The notes under the pieces are model-generated. The model had not been told where the DNA came from. It did no database searches and saw only the letters and a program-made list of their open reading frames with translations. A stretch of 64,000 nucleotides of DNA, from NCBI RefSeq assembly GCF_963921235.1, contig NC_086108.1, positions 33,232,001-33,296,000 on the forward strand, written 5' to 3'. Made by a program: the position numbers and the translations under genes. This DNA is from Mobula hypostoma (lineage: Eukaryota). Each line of letters begins with the position of its first letter. Position 1 is the stretch's first letter. Below, piece by piece: positions 26,984 through 39,519 of the stretch.

Positions 26984-28428
26984 GTATGGGTGATAGCAGC
27001 AGCAGGTATTCTCAAGAAGTGCAACACTATTTTGTACAAATCAATCTGATTGGCATCATTAATCAAGCTAAACATTCATTCTCTCTGCAATAGTTACATG
27101 TGTGCATCTTCAACTTGTCCTTTCTTCTCTGAGAGTATTTACAAAGACATTGTGTTTACTAAAAAGGAGGACAAGAGAAGCAAATGATTGGGACACCACC
27201 GGTTGCAGGAAGTATATTGTCTTTTTCCGTATATCACTGGTATTGATACTTACGTGACCGGTTTAGTTGAGTTTCTTGCTTAAGGTCTCCCTGCAGGATA
27301 TTTATGGTAAGATGATATCAGTCTTGGAACTTCCAATGTAATAGCAGTCTACCTTCACCAGAAGCACTGTAAGTGATTGATGACAGCAGCTAATCTCCAC
27401 TTTATATGCTGGTTTTAATTATATCTAGATTACGAAGAAACACTGCTGATGGGTGTGGTCACGAGTCAGACCATCAGTTCTATCTTTCTATGATAAGCTT
27501 TAGAGAAATTAACATTTAGAATGAGAAATGGCACAGAATCGGGACCTTCCCTAAATTGATTGTATGGAATGATGGGGGTATATTTATAGTATGTTTCTTT
27601 TATTTGCTTTCTCTTGGGAAGTTGATTTGACTTTGTTTGATTTCCTATGTGATTATTTCATTTTTAGTCAAAGCTTGACGATCACGTATTAATATGAAAT
27701 GACACTACTCGCTCATCTGAGATGGATATTTTCATGAGGGGACTTAACAAGCTTTTGTCAAGTTTGAAATTGGATTCGTTTTGAATTTAATCTCAACATC
27801 CTATTTTAATAAGGGATTCTGAATTCAAACTCTTACACATAATAACTTTAGAAAAATAATATTTCTTGTACCTTGCAAAACTTTGTATTTTTGTAAATTT
27901 CATTTTGTATTATACAATTGGCCTTCATTATTCTCTTTCCTTTGCAATACTTTCACTCCTTTCTTTGCTTCCCTGTATTTTTGTGAAGTACAGGAGATAA
28001 GGACAAGAATTTACGTAAGGAAAATTGAAGTTGATTTTTTCACATTTTTTTCAATACTTGACAGGTCTTCTCAAGTGTTTCTTATTTGTAGCATCAGATA
28101 AGCTCTCATCCATGTGTTGATTCATCATGTGGCATGCTTTTGTTGTCATTGATTATATTATCATGGGATAAATAGAATGGAACTAGCTGGTTTGCTCAGT
28201 GATTTTCAGTTTATTGGATGTCGCTAGAAATTTTGAATAATCTTGTTTTCTCTTCCCACCTTTTTGTGAACTCAGGGACACAGTGGAAAAGTAGATCAGT
28301 TAACATGATGTAAGTTAGAATGAGGAACTCTGCAACTTCAGACAATGGTTCAAAACCTCTTCCATTCTGAACCACATTGTAGGTCTTCCTTTGTAGTGTA
28401 ATGTTCTCCATAACAAACAATGCCTATT

Positions 28429-29101
28429 GGGAGGAGAAGATGGTGACGCGACACAGCGCGCACGGCCTCTCTGGTGATGAATATCTGTAATCTGTCAAGT
28501 AGGAGGCCATGCACAATTCTGATTTGATGGAGGCAGACGTGAGAGCACGGAGGAACATCTGGTGAAACTTCTGAAATGCCTGCTTCGCTGCCGCCGCTAC
28601 TGTGTGATCCGAAATCTCCAGAGGGGAAGGCCCCGAATCCTCGGCTTTGCCTGTTGCTTGGCGGCCGGGGCCGAGGTCGAAGCGCTTGGCAGAGATGGTG
28701 CTCGGTGTCGGAGGGCTGGTTGGAGGCACGAAGTTTTCGGACAGACTCAGAGTTGGACTGTGGTTGGGTGCTTCCAGGATACTGCAGCGGCAAGTTTGCG
28801 GCGCTGGAAGCTCATGGCAGGGAGAGTTTCTCCCTTCTACCATCTGCTTGAGATGTTGGGGCTATCGGGACTTTGAGACTTCTTTTTTACCGTGCCCTTG
28901 GTCTGCTCTTATCAAATTATGGTATTGCTTTGCACTGTTGTAACTATATGTTATAATTATGTGGTTTTTGTCAGTTTTAATCTTGGTCTGTCTTGTGTTT
29001 CTGTGATATCATACCGGAGGAACATTGTATCATTTTTTAATGCATGCATTTCTAAATGACAATAAATGAGGACTGAGTGTCCTCATAATCTAATCTAATC
29101 T
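28429..29101 (+). mobile_element. Short non-autonomous LINE-derived element, copy A (TMCO1 intron 5)
   Basis: CpG-rich 5' end GGGAGGAGAAGATGGTGACGCG; 3' AATAAA, stem-loop GAGGAC-TGAGT-GTCCTC and (TAATC)3 tail. Inverse homologue at 35913-36520. Confidence 0.8.
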
Positions 29102-29714
29102 GTGTAATGTTTTGAAATCAGCTGATTAATTAGTTTCCTGTTATTCAGATATGTCAGGATTTCTGAATATTTCCAATAGTTGAGTGTTAGTTCCTTTGAA
29201 TGACATGACAAGTGAGAACAGTAATGAATCCCTTGTGAAAGGTGCATTGTTTTCAATGCCAATGCATCTGACATATTTTGAGGTTCAGAATCTTTCATCC
29301 TGCTTATGTTTAAGCCCCTCCCATTGTAACATAGATATCAACTGTTGTCGAATATTCCAAGTTACTTGTGATTTAAAGGACACTGCTAACATGAAAACAA
29401 GGCTGATCCAAAACTGAGTATAGGCCATTTAGACTCCACAGTGTATGCATAAATGTAGCACAAAATGTAAGCTTAAAGTTCAAAGTAAATTTATTACCAA
29501 AGTAGGTACTGTTTATATTACCATTTACTACCTTGAGATTCATTTGCTTGCAGCCATTTACAGGAAAAAAAGAAATGTACCGTTTTTCATAAAATTCTAC
29601 CATTAACAGATTGGTAAGGGCATCAAAGGTTACAGAGAGAAGGCAGGAGAATGGGGTTGCGAGATATAATAAATCAGCCAAGTTGGAATGGTGGAGCAGA
29701 CTCAATGGGCCGCT

Positions 29715-30125
29715 TAGTGTGCACCCTTAAAGGCAACTTCCATGTGGTAGTGTCCCCATACTTTTACTGCCCTTGTCCTTCTAGCTGGTAAAGATTGTAG
29801 ATTTGGAAAACGCTGCCTAAGAAATCTTGGTGAGTTGTTGCAGTGCCTCCTGTAGATGGTACAAACTGCTGCTCCTGTATGTCGGTGGTGGAGTGAGTGA
29901 ATGATTATGAATGGGGTACCTATCAAAGGGGCTGCTGTGTTCTGTGTGGTGTCAAGTTGTTTGCGTGTCTTTGAAGGTGCTATCTTCTGGGCAAGTGGAG
30001 AGTATTCAGTCACACACTTCATGTCAACTGTGTGCTCGGTGTACAGGCTTTGGGAAATTAGGAAGTGTATTACTCACTGTAGGATTTTTGCCTCTCACCT
30101 GCTCTTGTAACCACATTGTAAATAT
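29715..30125 (-). mobile_element. Old CR1/L2-type LINE C-terminal fragment
   Basis: Minus ORF IHSLHHRHTGAAVCTIYRRHCNNSPRFLRQ resembles a LINE ORF2 C-terminus. Confidence 0.55.
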
Positions 30126-30588
30126 GGATGCACCAGTTCATTTTCTAGGCAACATATTCTTGTTTTATACACCATTAACTTTTAGTTTTATGGGTGTCTT
30201 AATGTTTTTAATGGTTTTATTGGTTTGAATGTCTTCTTAGTAGTAACGATATAATTCTCTTGTATTTTCTCAGTCATATGTTCTTCAATCTTTTTAATAT
30301 AAGTTGTTTTTATTTTATGTGCACAATAACAATGAAACTTAAGTAATCAATGCAAATTTCTGAGTTGTTAAGTCTATGCTATGGTGTGTTTTAAGTATGA
30401 CTATGATTAAATTGCTTAATATTTGCTTTCTCTCTATTGTTTTTAGATTCATAAGCTGACATATTATGCTAATACATATTGGGTCTTTGATTATCTTTAA
30501 TATTTTATGTGCACAAACCTTCACGTTTCTAGTCATGAAGTTATGAACTTTTGATTACCATATGTAAATTCTAGTTGTTTTCTTCTAG

Positions 30589-30733
30589 ATTTGATGGCCG
30601 AGTGGTCGCAAAACTCCCATTTGTCCCTTTGTCATACATCCAAGGATTATCCCATCGCAACCTCCTTGGAGAAGATTACACTGATTGTTCTTTCATCTTC
30701 TTGTACATTTTATGCACAATGTCAATTCGACAG
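30589..30733 (+). CDS. TMCO1: TMCO1 exon 6
   Basis: cttctag acceptor; FDGRVVAKLPFVPLSYIQGLSHRNLLGEDYTDCSFIFLYILCTMSIRQ; GTAAGC donor; 145 nt. Confidence 0.97.
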
Positions 30734-31534
30734 GTAAGCATTGTTGACTTCAGGAATAGAAAATACAGATTAGAAATGAAATAAAATGTGGGAATTAAAG
30801 TCAATATGTTGACAGCACTTGGCCATCAGCCAGATGCAACAGGAAAGTAAATTCTAACTAGATGTCCATCTGTAAACTCACAGTTCACATAAAAATGGAT
30901 TTTTCATAGTTATTTCAGTGTTTGGGAGGTAATAATTAGTGTAATAAAATTCTAGATGTAGAAGAAATTGTAATGCCTTTGTAATTTGGATTTTTTTCAT
31001 TTAATATCAATTTAAATGTCATGCTAGTGACGTCTTGGTACACTCTTGTTCTGATATGACTTGCACAGCATGGTATTTCGTGTAAGGGATGGCTGTTTTA
31101 AAATCAACACCTTTCTCTTGAGTTTATCTGTTTATAACTAACTTGAATTGTTAAAGTTATACTTCACTTCTTGATCTTTCCAATTCATCTCTGCTTTCTC
31201 ATATTTCTGTAGTTTAACCCAAAGGCAACTTCTCTCTGGACTTTGTATTCTAATATAGTGTTTAAAGTTTAAAACTTTAAATGAAATCATCGTACTGATA
31301 CTTTGATTGTTTTTCTTCCTTATCATATTTGATTTTGTAGTGTTAAGTAAATATTGTTTTGTGTATATTTAAAAGCATTTAAGTTCACTGAAATATTCTT
31401 ACTGACCGTCATGAAAGAGAGGGGAAAAGTCTAAATGGTGCCGTGAATTGTTACTATGCATTTCTTTAGTGTTTAGAAAATACAGATGTACTTTGGATTC
31501 AGCATCAATGATAACTAATTTTTGCACTGGAGAG

Positions 31535-32215
31535 GAGAGAATGCAGATACTGGAATCTGGAGCAATGATGTGTTGGAGGAAGTCAGCAAGCCATGCAGCA
31601 TCTGTGGGAGGAAAGAAATAGTCAATGTTTCAGGTTGAAAACTTGCATTAAGTCTGAGTACAGAGGCGAGGTGGCCAAAATAGAGAGAAGGGAAGTGGCA
31701 AGATGGGATTCAGAGGCATCAAATGTTTGTTCATTTCCATGCTGAGTTTCTTCACCATTTTGTGTGTTACACTGGTTCCAACTGTTTGTCTCTTTAATGG
31801 TTCCCATTCTCACTTCCTTTACTTATCTGAATCCAGCTCTGGTAGTACTTTGTTTTCCTGCTTGTCTCCCATCAGCAGCTGTTTCCTGTCGTAACACTTG
31901 CATCTCTCACCCCATCTTGCTCCAGCTTTTTTTCAAATTTTGACAGCATCCAGCTATCATTCACCTGCCACAATCTTCCAACTCCACCACTGTTCACCTC
32001 CGCAACCTGGTACGACCTACTTGCTTTTCTCAGTACCTTCCTCAGTCCACTGATTGCCTTGGAATCCTTTCTTACCAGTCCCCTCCTCCTCTTTATGGTG
32101 GCCATCTTGCCTCTTCACTCTCAATCCTGTTGCAGGATTTTGACCTGAAACTCCCATCTATTCCTTTCCTCCCACAGATGCTGCATGACTTGTTGGGTTC
32201 CTCCAACAGAATGTC
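31535..32215. mobile_element. Old, diverged PLE-derived inverted-arm element (TMCO1 intron 6)
   Basis: 31540-31660 (gcagcatctgtgggaggaaagaaatagtc) mirrored at 32125-32210 (ctattcctttcctcccacagatgctgc). Confidence 0.55.
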
Positions 32216-33814
32216 TATTGAACTAAATTTCCCCATCTTTATATGTATTAATTCAATCTTTCTTTGATTATACATTTGTATTTAAAAGTTTCTTGTTTTG
32301 CAGATAGAACTAAATTTAGTTTTTGTCATAAATATTATTTTAAAATAAAATGTTTGCAATTTTAAAAAATCTTTCCCAAGTGTAGAATATCTTAAAGTGG
32401 TTTATACCCAATGAACTGCCTTTTGAAGCATAGCCATTATAAGGGAAATGACAGCCAATTTGCATGTGGCTAGATACCATGAGTAGCAGTACAATGAGTC
32501 TGCATTTAATTATATTTATTGAGGAATAATATTGATTCGACAATGAGACAGAACTTGCCTGCTTTTCTAAATATAGTGATGGAATAATTTGCATTTAGCT
32601 GGAGAGGCACCTGAAGCCATGACTTGGCATTTTTTCTGTAAAAGCTGCAATATTGCATCAATCCTATAAAGCATGACATAGCAATCTATAGTTTTGCGCT
32701 AAAGCCTTTGAAGTGGAACTTGCAACCTTTTGGCACAAGACAAGGATGCTGCCAACTGAACTACTACTGACAAATAGTTACTTTGCAAGCCCTTAGTTAT
32801 TAGGATATGTTGTTAAGCTGAGTACAGATGTAAACAATTTTTAAAGTATTGTACACTTTATAGTATGTTTGCAAAGCCAACATAATTGATACTGTTTATT
32901 AGCAAAATATTCAAAGATAATTTAATAACTTATAATTAAAGATGGATACAATTGGAGTAAATCAGAAGGGTCGACTCTCTTGGAGGGTTGTCGAAACTGG
33001 GCAGCACATATATTAAAACTGGAATGATGCATGGCCCCTGCACAAGTATGACATGCAAATTCATGAAGCTGTGCGGTAGTGTGGCAATTAGCACAAGCTG
33101 CTGCAGCTCCCGTGACCCAAGGTTCAATTCTGCCGCTGTCTGCAAGGCATTTATTTGTCTATCAGTGACTGTGTGGGTTTCCATTTCTCTTGCTTCTCAC
33201 ATTTCAAAGATTTACAGATAAGTGGATTAATTGGTCACATTGGGTGGCGTGGGCTTGGGTGGGAGGGGCCTGTTACTGTACTCTACTTCTAAGTAAAAAT
33301 AGCATAGATTTAATATAATTAGTAGATTAAGAGAGGAAATGAGGACCTTTTCTGATGTGAAAGAGTGGTATGAATAAGAGTTCACCCTTAAAAGGTCAGA
33401 TGGCAAAACCTTATCTTGGTGGTATCTTGTTGTATACTTGGAGAATTGTAACCTAAGGAAAGGAGGAATGAAGTTGGGTAGCTTTTTTATTTTGGACCAG
33501 CTTAAACATAATGGGCCAAATGGTCTCCACTGGTGCTGGAAGTTTTTCATTATGCTTCTATATTCTGTTTAGTATATAAAAATGTGTTTGCCTCTTTAAT
33601 GAAATATCTGTAATTCGGTGAAGGTCAACATTTCAAGGGAATGAACTGATTTTTCATTTTCACCATTAGTCTGCATAATTTTCTGAGGCTGAAGTTAAGA
33701 AAGATTCAAGCACTTGCATTGTCTTTGAATACAATTGCTTTCATTGTTGAAATTATAGGATCTAATTATACTTGTATATACTTGTGATTTAATATTTTCC
33801 TTTCTGCTTCTCAG

Positions 33815-33913
33815 AATATTCAGAAACTACTGGGTCTGGCTCCATCCCGTGCAGCAACCAAACAGGCTGGAGGATTCCTGGGACCACCTCCTCAAACTAG
33901 CAAATTCTCATGA
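33815..33913 (+). CDS. TMCO1: TMCO1 exon 7 (last coding exon)
   Basis: ttctcag acceptor; NIQKLLGLAPSRAATKQAGGFLGPPPQTSKFS then TGA. The seven exons sum to 567 nt = 188 aa + stop. Confidence 0.97.
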   Translation, partial: NIQKLLGLAPSRAATKQAGGFLGPPPQTSKFS

Positions 33914-34319
33914 TGGAACTGTAAAATAGTATTGAACATCAAATGTCAGCCTGCTAAGACTCTTCACATCTAAAGAGTCAATTTAAATTCTTCCTCTTTC
34001 CATCAATAAGGGAAATATCTCTTGGATGCCGGTATGTTGAAAGGCTTTTGCGTAAAATGTAAATGAAATGTGATGGTTCTGGAAACAAGAAAAGATACAT
34101 ATATGATTTGCAGTTTAAAGGTTGTTCACACTGTTAAACAGTCCGTGCTGAAGGCAGGTAAAACTTAAAAGTTCCAAAGCATGAAGATTATTCCTGATGT
34201 TTGCATCCTGTTTACATCAGGAATGTGATATACACATTGAACAAAACCATGTTTTATCTGAAACAATATTTTTTAATGCATGGACCTACGAAATGCAAGA
34301 TTATTTTGTGTCAGGAATG

Positions 34320-34390
34320 AATAAAAATATTAATTTAAAGTTCAAGTTGTGGTCAGAGTTTTTTTATTATCATAATATTAAAAGAATAAA
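34320..34390 (+). terminator. Candidate TMCO1 polyadenylation signals
   Basis: AATAAA at 34320-34325 and 34385-34390, ATTAAA at 34377-34382, about 400-480 nt after the stop codon. Confidence 0.6.
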
Positions 34391-35912
34391 GCTAATTTTG
34401 CCTTCACATTAGAGTTTGCAATAGAACCGACCTGTTGGAAAGGTAACGCATGTCCAAAAGCCAAAAGATATGGAAACTTAGTGTGGGAGCAATACAGGCA
34501 GTATTGAGAAACAAGTGTTTTTCAAATTGTTATTGAGCTGAAGAACATTTGCTGTAGTAAATTTAATATTTTTCCAGCTTCACATGCAGTACTCAGAGGC
34601 TGAGAGGTCCGCTGCAAACTTGGTATTTTTTTAATTACATAATGCATGTGAAATCATCAGAAAAAGCCAGCCAGTATAACTATCTCATAGTTTACATTTA
34701 AGATAGTACATATATTATCAAATTATGTATACTATATACAACATCGAGATTTTTCTCCTTACAGGCAGCTACAAAACAAAGAAATCCAATAGAATCCATT
34801 TAAAAAGATCATCAAACACCCAATGTAGAAAAAAGAACAAATCGTGCAAACAATAAGAAATAATTTAAAAACATTCAGAACTGAAGTTCACAAAGGTGAG
34901 TTCATATCCACGAAGCCAGTCATCAATGCAGCCAGTCCAGGAGCTCATTAGTTGCAGGTCAAAGCCTCAGTTCAGCACAGAGACGGGTAAACCTTTCCGA
35001 ATGGACGTGGCACAGTGGTTACTTCTTTTAAGGTCTTGAAGCCTCTGCAATTTTTATGGGAATGCTCCGAGAACCTGCATTACTTGCTGGGCTAGTTGAC
35101 CTTTAGTGTCATTGTATATATAAAATATGAGAAATGAGAAGCATCCTACTATTGTTTACGTCTAATAGTATGTCACGTCCTTGGCACGGGTTCCTTGTCT
35201 TTTCAGCTGGGGACTAGTACATGAAGATTTAAAGGAGAATGCTTTGAGAGTTAGAATAGAAAGAATCTGTGGAATGACATAATTTTAAAATGATATATCT
35301 GCATATTTGTGACAGTAAAAGATCTGAAGGTATTACTTAAAAAAAATTCTCTTAATTTCTTTACACACCATTGTAAATATATTGTTTGTGGACTACGCTG
35401 CCTGTCTAGACAACTCTTAGGAAAAATAGCTCATCAATATTCAAAGTTCAAAGTACATTTGTTATCAAATACACAAACTGGATATAACCTTGAGATCTGT
35501 CCTCTTGCAGGTGGCCACAAAACAAAAAACACAATAGAATCCTTAAAAACCCCACAGAACAAAGACCTTCAAACATCCAATGTGCGAAAAAAAGAACAAA
35601 TCATGCAGACAATTAAAAAGTAATACACAGAACATTAACCACAGAGTCCCCGAAAGTGAGTGCACAACCACTTTCAGTGCTGGTCTAGGAGCCTGATGGC
35701 AGCATGCCATAACCATGGAGTCAGTCCAGTGCTGAAGTGAGTAAATCTCGCAAAAGCAGTGAGCTGAACACCAGTTTGTCCTTCACCCTTACCCTTGATG
35801 CCTTGATCAAACCATGCAAACAATAAAAAAAAGTTAACAAAAACACATGGAACATGAACAACAGAGTTCCCGTAAGTGAGATTACAAAGTGAAATATTAA
35901 AATAGATTTGTT

Positions 35913-36520
35913 TAGATTAGATTATGAGGACATGCAGTCCTCTTTTATTGTCTTTAGTAATGCATGCATTAAGAAATGATACAATATTCTCCGGTGTGAT
36001 ATCACAGAAACACAGGACAGACCAAGACTGAAAAACTGACAAAAACCACATAATTATAGCATATAGTTACAAAAGTGCAAGCAATACCATAACTTGATGA
36101 AGAATGGGCCATAGGCACCGTAAAAAAAGTTCAAAGTCTCTCGAAAGTCCCACATCTTACACAGATGGGAGAAGGAAGAAAACGCTCCCTGCCATGCCTG
36201 ACCACAGTCCGACTCTGAGTCGTCCAAAAACTCCGAGCCTCCAACACCGAGCACCATCTCTGCCGAGCGCTTCGACCCCAGCTCTGGCCACCAGCAGCAG
36301 GTAAAGCCGAGGATTTTGGGGCCTTCCCTCCGGAGATTCTCGATTGCACAGTAGCAATGGCAGCGAACCGGGCATTTCAGAAGTTTCTCCAGATGTTCCT
36401 CGGTGCTTCTCACGTCTGTCTCCATCAAATCAGAATTGTGCACGGCATCCTACTTACAAATACGATATCATTTCACTGGAGAGCTGCACGCGCTGCATCG
36501 CATCCCCATCTTTTCCTCCC
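35913..36520 (-). mobile_element. Short non-autonomous LINE-derived element, copy B
   Basis: Reverse complement of 28429-29101 over its full length, from the (GATTA)n tail to catcttttcctccc. Confidence 0.8.
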
Positions 36521-37159
36521 GCCTCAAGATTGGGAAATTGGAATATCTTGTGCATGACTACTGTTTTATGTTGAAAATTTTTATGTTAAAGATACTACAT
36601 AAATCCAATTTAATTATATACTCTGTTACTTAACTTTGTAGTTTACACTTCATGTGCAAATAGTTCCTATCATCCTTCAATTATACTGTTAATTTAGCAG
36701 TATTGTTGCTTCAGCAGGTAATTAAGATAAATTTGATTTAAAGTCCCGGAATGGAACACACTATGTTAACTCAATGTTTTCCTCAGAGTTCATACAGGTT
36801 ATATACTCCACCCTTTGCTTACAGAGGTGATGACAACTATCAATTACCCATTTGTACAAATCCCACAATAATTGCACTTTCCCACATTCTCTTCAGATTT
36901 CCTACCCAGCCTCCACCTGAGGTTCTACCATTCACCTGCACGCTGGCAGTAGTTTATCATGGCTACTTGAGCTACCAGCTTTTGTGTCTTTGGGATGTGG
37001 GAGGAAGCCTAAGTGATTGTAGAATGAGCAAACTCCATACAGACGGCATCAGAAGCCAGGACTGAACTCACATTGTACAAGTTAGAAGACTGCAGCTCTA
37101 CTAGCAGTGCCACAATGATGCTGTTCATTTTTATAACTTAATTCCTAAGAAACACAAAC

Positions 37160-37490
37160 CGTGGCACAGTAGCATAGTGGTTAGCACAATGCTTTGCAGT
37201 GCCAGAGATCAGTGATAAGGATTCAATTCCTGCTGCTGTTTGTAAGGAGTTTGTATGTTTTCTGCTCGACTGCATGGGTCCCCTGAGGATGCTCCAGTTT
37301 CCTCCCATATCCCAAAGATGTACAGATTAGGGTTAGTAAACTGTGGCTATGTTATGTTGGTGCCAGAAGCATGGCGACACTGGAGAGCTGCCCTCAACAA
37401 ATTCTCAGACTGTTAGTCATTGATGCAAGTGACACAATATGTGGATTTCACAATATGTTTTATATACATGTGACAAATAAAGCTTATCTT
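37160..37490 (+). mobile_element. tRNA-derived V-SINE-like element
   Basis: tagcatagtgg (A box-like), ggattcaattcc (B box-like), V-domain ggagtttgtatg...tgctccagtttcctccca, aaataaagc tail. Confidence 0.7.
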
Positions 37491-38601
37491 TAGCTAAATA
37501 CTGCCACATTCTGAATTATTTCAAAGTATACTTGAGATATTCTCACATATACATAACAGAATAGTTCTGATTTTGCACTTAGATAGTATAGGCTCTGATT
37601 GAGCATATTTTTCCCCTACATTCTGAAGCAGAAAAGCTTAATATGGGCATATAGCAAGTGCAATTCAGCTATTGAAGAAGCAAATCTCATTTATGCCGTC
37701 ACAGCCTCATCATTGAAAACCTTTTTGTTTTCTTATTTAATGGACTTCAGAGGCCTGAAGAAGTTAGTAGGTCTGATTGTTAAAGGGACCATACCATTAG
37801 GCAGCCTGTCAAAATTGGCAATGATTGTGCTGATGTGTAACTATTTCACGCATCATACTATAGCTGTTTCTGAATGCGACTCAGTTTACATTTAATGTTC
37901 AAAGTTATTAAATAATTGAAATGAGTGCAAAGAAATAGATTGTCTAGTGGACTGGATCTCTTAAAATAATTTAAGATATAGTTTTCTAAAATCAAATATG
38001 TAATAATACAAGGAATGACTTTAAAGTGAATTATTTGTTTATACTGTATATCTGTAGTGGAACAGCTATCTTCATGGACATAATTCCTGAGGTTTGCAAA
38101 CCAACAGCACATGTTGGTCTTGTTGGCAACACACACAGCACATAAGTGAATAAAAGAGAAAACAACAACTACTTCCGTCATATTTTCCAAGTTTTCCTAC
38201 AGATGCAAACTGCAACAGTAATTTGAGTAAAAAGGAAAAGCTCAGTAATGTCTTTTACAACACACATTCGATTTTAAATGTAATTGTTTGATTTACTTCC
38301 ATGGTGTAATATTAAAAGTAATCATTTCACATATTGGTATAATTTTAAAATTTCTGAATCAGAACTGCTTTCTTGAACTAACCCATATCTCTTGCATTTT
38401 TCATAGTCATAGTCATACTTTATTGATCCCGGGGGAAACTGGTTTTTGTTACAGTTGCACCATAAATAATAAATAGTAATAAAACCATAAATAGTTAAAT
38501 AGTAAACAACAGGAATTCTGCAGATGCTGGAAATTCAAGCAACATACATCAAAGTTGCTGGTGAACGCAGCAGGCCAAGCAGCATCTATAGGAAGAGGCG
38601 C

Positions 38602-38637
38602 AGTCGACGTTTCAGGCCGAGACCCTTCGTCAGGACT
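38602..38637 (-). ncRNA. Minimal type I hammerhead ribozyme motif, core intact
   Basis: Minus strand AGUC-CUGACGA-AGGGUCUCGGCCU-GAAA-CG-UC/GACU: stem I AGUC/GACU, conserved CUGANGA and GAAA boxes, short stem II, palindromic ACGU in place of stem III, GUC cleavage triplet. Confidence 0.75.
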
Positions 38638-39166
38638 AACTGAAGGAAGAGTGAGTAAGGGATTTGAAAGCTGGAGGGGGAGGGGGAGATGCAAAATGAT
38701 AGGAGAAGACAGGAGGGGGAGGGATAGAGCCGAGAGCCGGACAGGTGATAGGCAAAAGGGGATACGAGAGGATCATGGGACAGGAGGTCCGGGAAGAAAG
38801 ACAGGGGGGGGGGTGACCCAGAGGATGGGCAAGAGGTATATTCAGAGGGACAGAGGGAGAAAAAGGAGAGAGATTTATGATAGCGAGTTTGAGTCAAAGT
38901 GTGGTCGAAAAGTTGAAGAGCCGAAGAAATTACAGATGGGGAGCACTCCCTCTGTCCCTCTGAATATACCTCTTGCCCATCCTCTGGGTCACCCCCCCCT
39001 TGTCTTTCTTCCCGGACCTCCTGTCCCATGATCCTCTCGTATCCCTTTTTGCCTATCACCCATCCAGCTCTCGGCTCTATCCCTCCCCCTCCTGTCTTCT
39101 CCTATCATTTTGCATCTCCCCCTCCCCCTCCAGCTTTCAAATCCCTTACTCACTCTTCCTTCAGTT

Positions 39167-39202
39167 AGTCCTGACAAAGGGTCTCGGCCTGAAATGTCGA
39201 CT
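39167..39202 (+). ncRNA. Hammerhead ribozyme motif, degenerate copy
   Basis: AGTC-CTGACAA-AGGGTCTCGGCCT-GAAATGTC-GACT; G8 to A and CG to TG, both consistent with CpG decay. Confidence 0.45.
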
Positions 39203-39519
39203 GCACCTCTTCCTATAAATAGTTAAATAGTAATATGTAAATTATGCCAGTAAATTATGAAATAAGTCCAGGACCAGCCTATTGGCTCAGGGTGTCTGAC
39301 CCTCCAAGGTTGGAGTTGTAAAGTTTGATGGCCACAGGCAGGAATGATTTCCTATGACGCTCTGTGTTGCATCTCGGTGGAATGAGTCTCTGGCTGAATG
39401 TACTCCTGTGCCCAACCAGTACATTATGTAGTGGATGGGAGATATTGTCCATGATGGCATGCAACTTATTCCACATTATATTGCATCTGTTATATTCTTA
39501 ACCATCTACTTGTCTTTAT

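Larger units (their letters stand above)
38505..39214. mobile_element. PLE-derived inverted-arm insertion #2 (between TMCO1 and ALDH9A1)
   Basis: Arms ~38505-38872 (-) and 38946-39214 (+) are near-identical reverse complements. Direct repeat ATAAATAGTTAAATAGTAA at 38487-38505 and 39215-39233. Confidence 0.85.
38400..39470 (-). mobile_element. Rex1/Babar-like 3' fragment interrupted by PLE-derived insertion #2
   Basis: (tcatag)n tail at 38401. Minus ORF IMDNISHPLH...RCNTERHRKSFLPVAIKLYN at 39279-39476. Confidence 0.7.

Noticed and set aside
28350-28943. Cluster of overlapping 90-147 aa ORFs (also 36054-36633)
   Set aside because: GC-rich repeat with few stops; the frames are not preserved between the two copies.
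38555-39218. ORFs of up to 158 aa across insertion #2 (and equivalents at 10765-11327)
   Set aside because: Low-complexity purine/pyrimidine-biased repeat arms; no coding signature.
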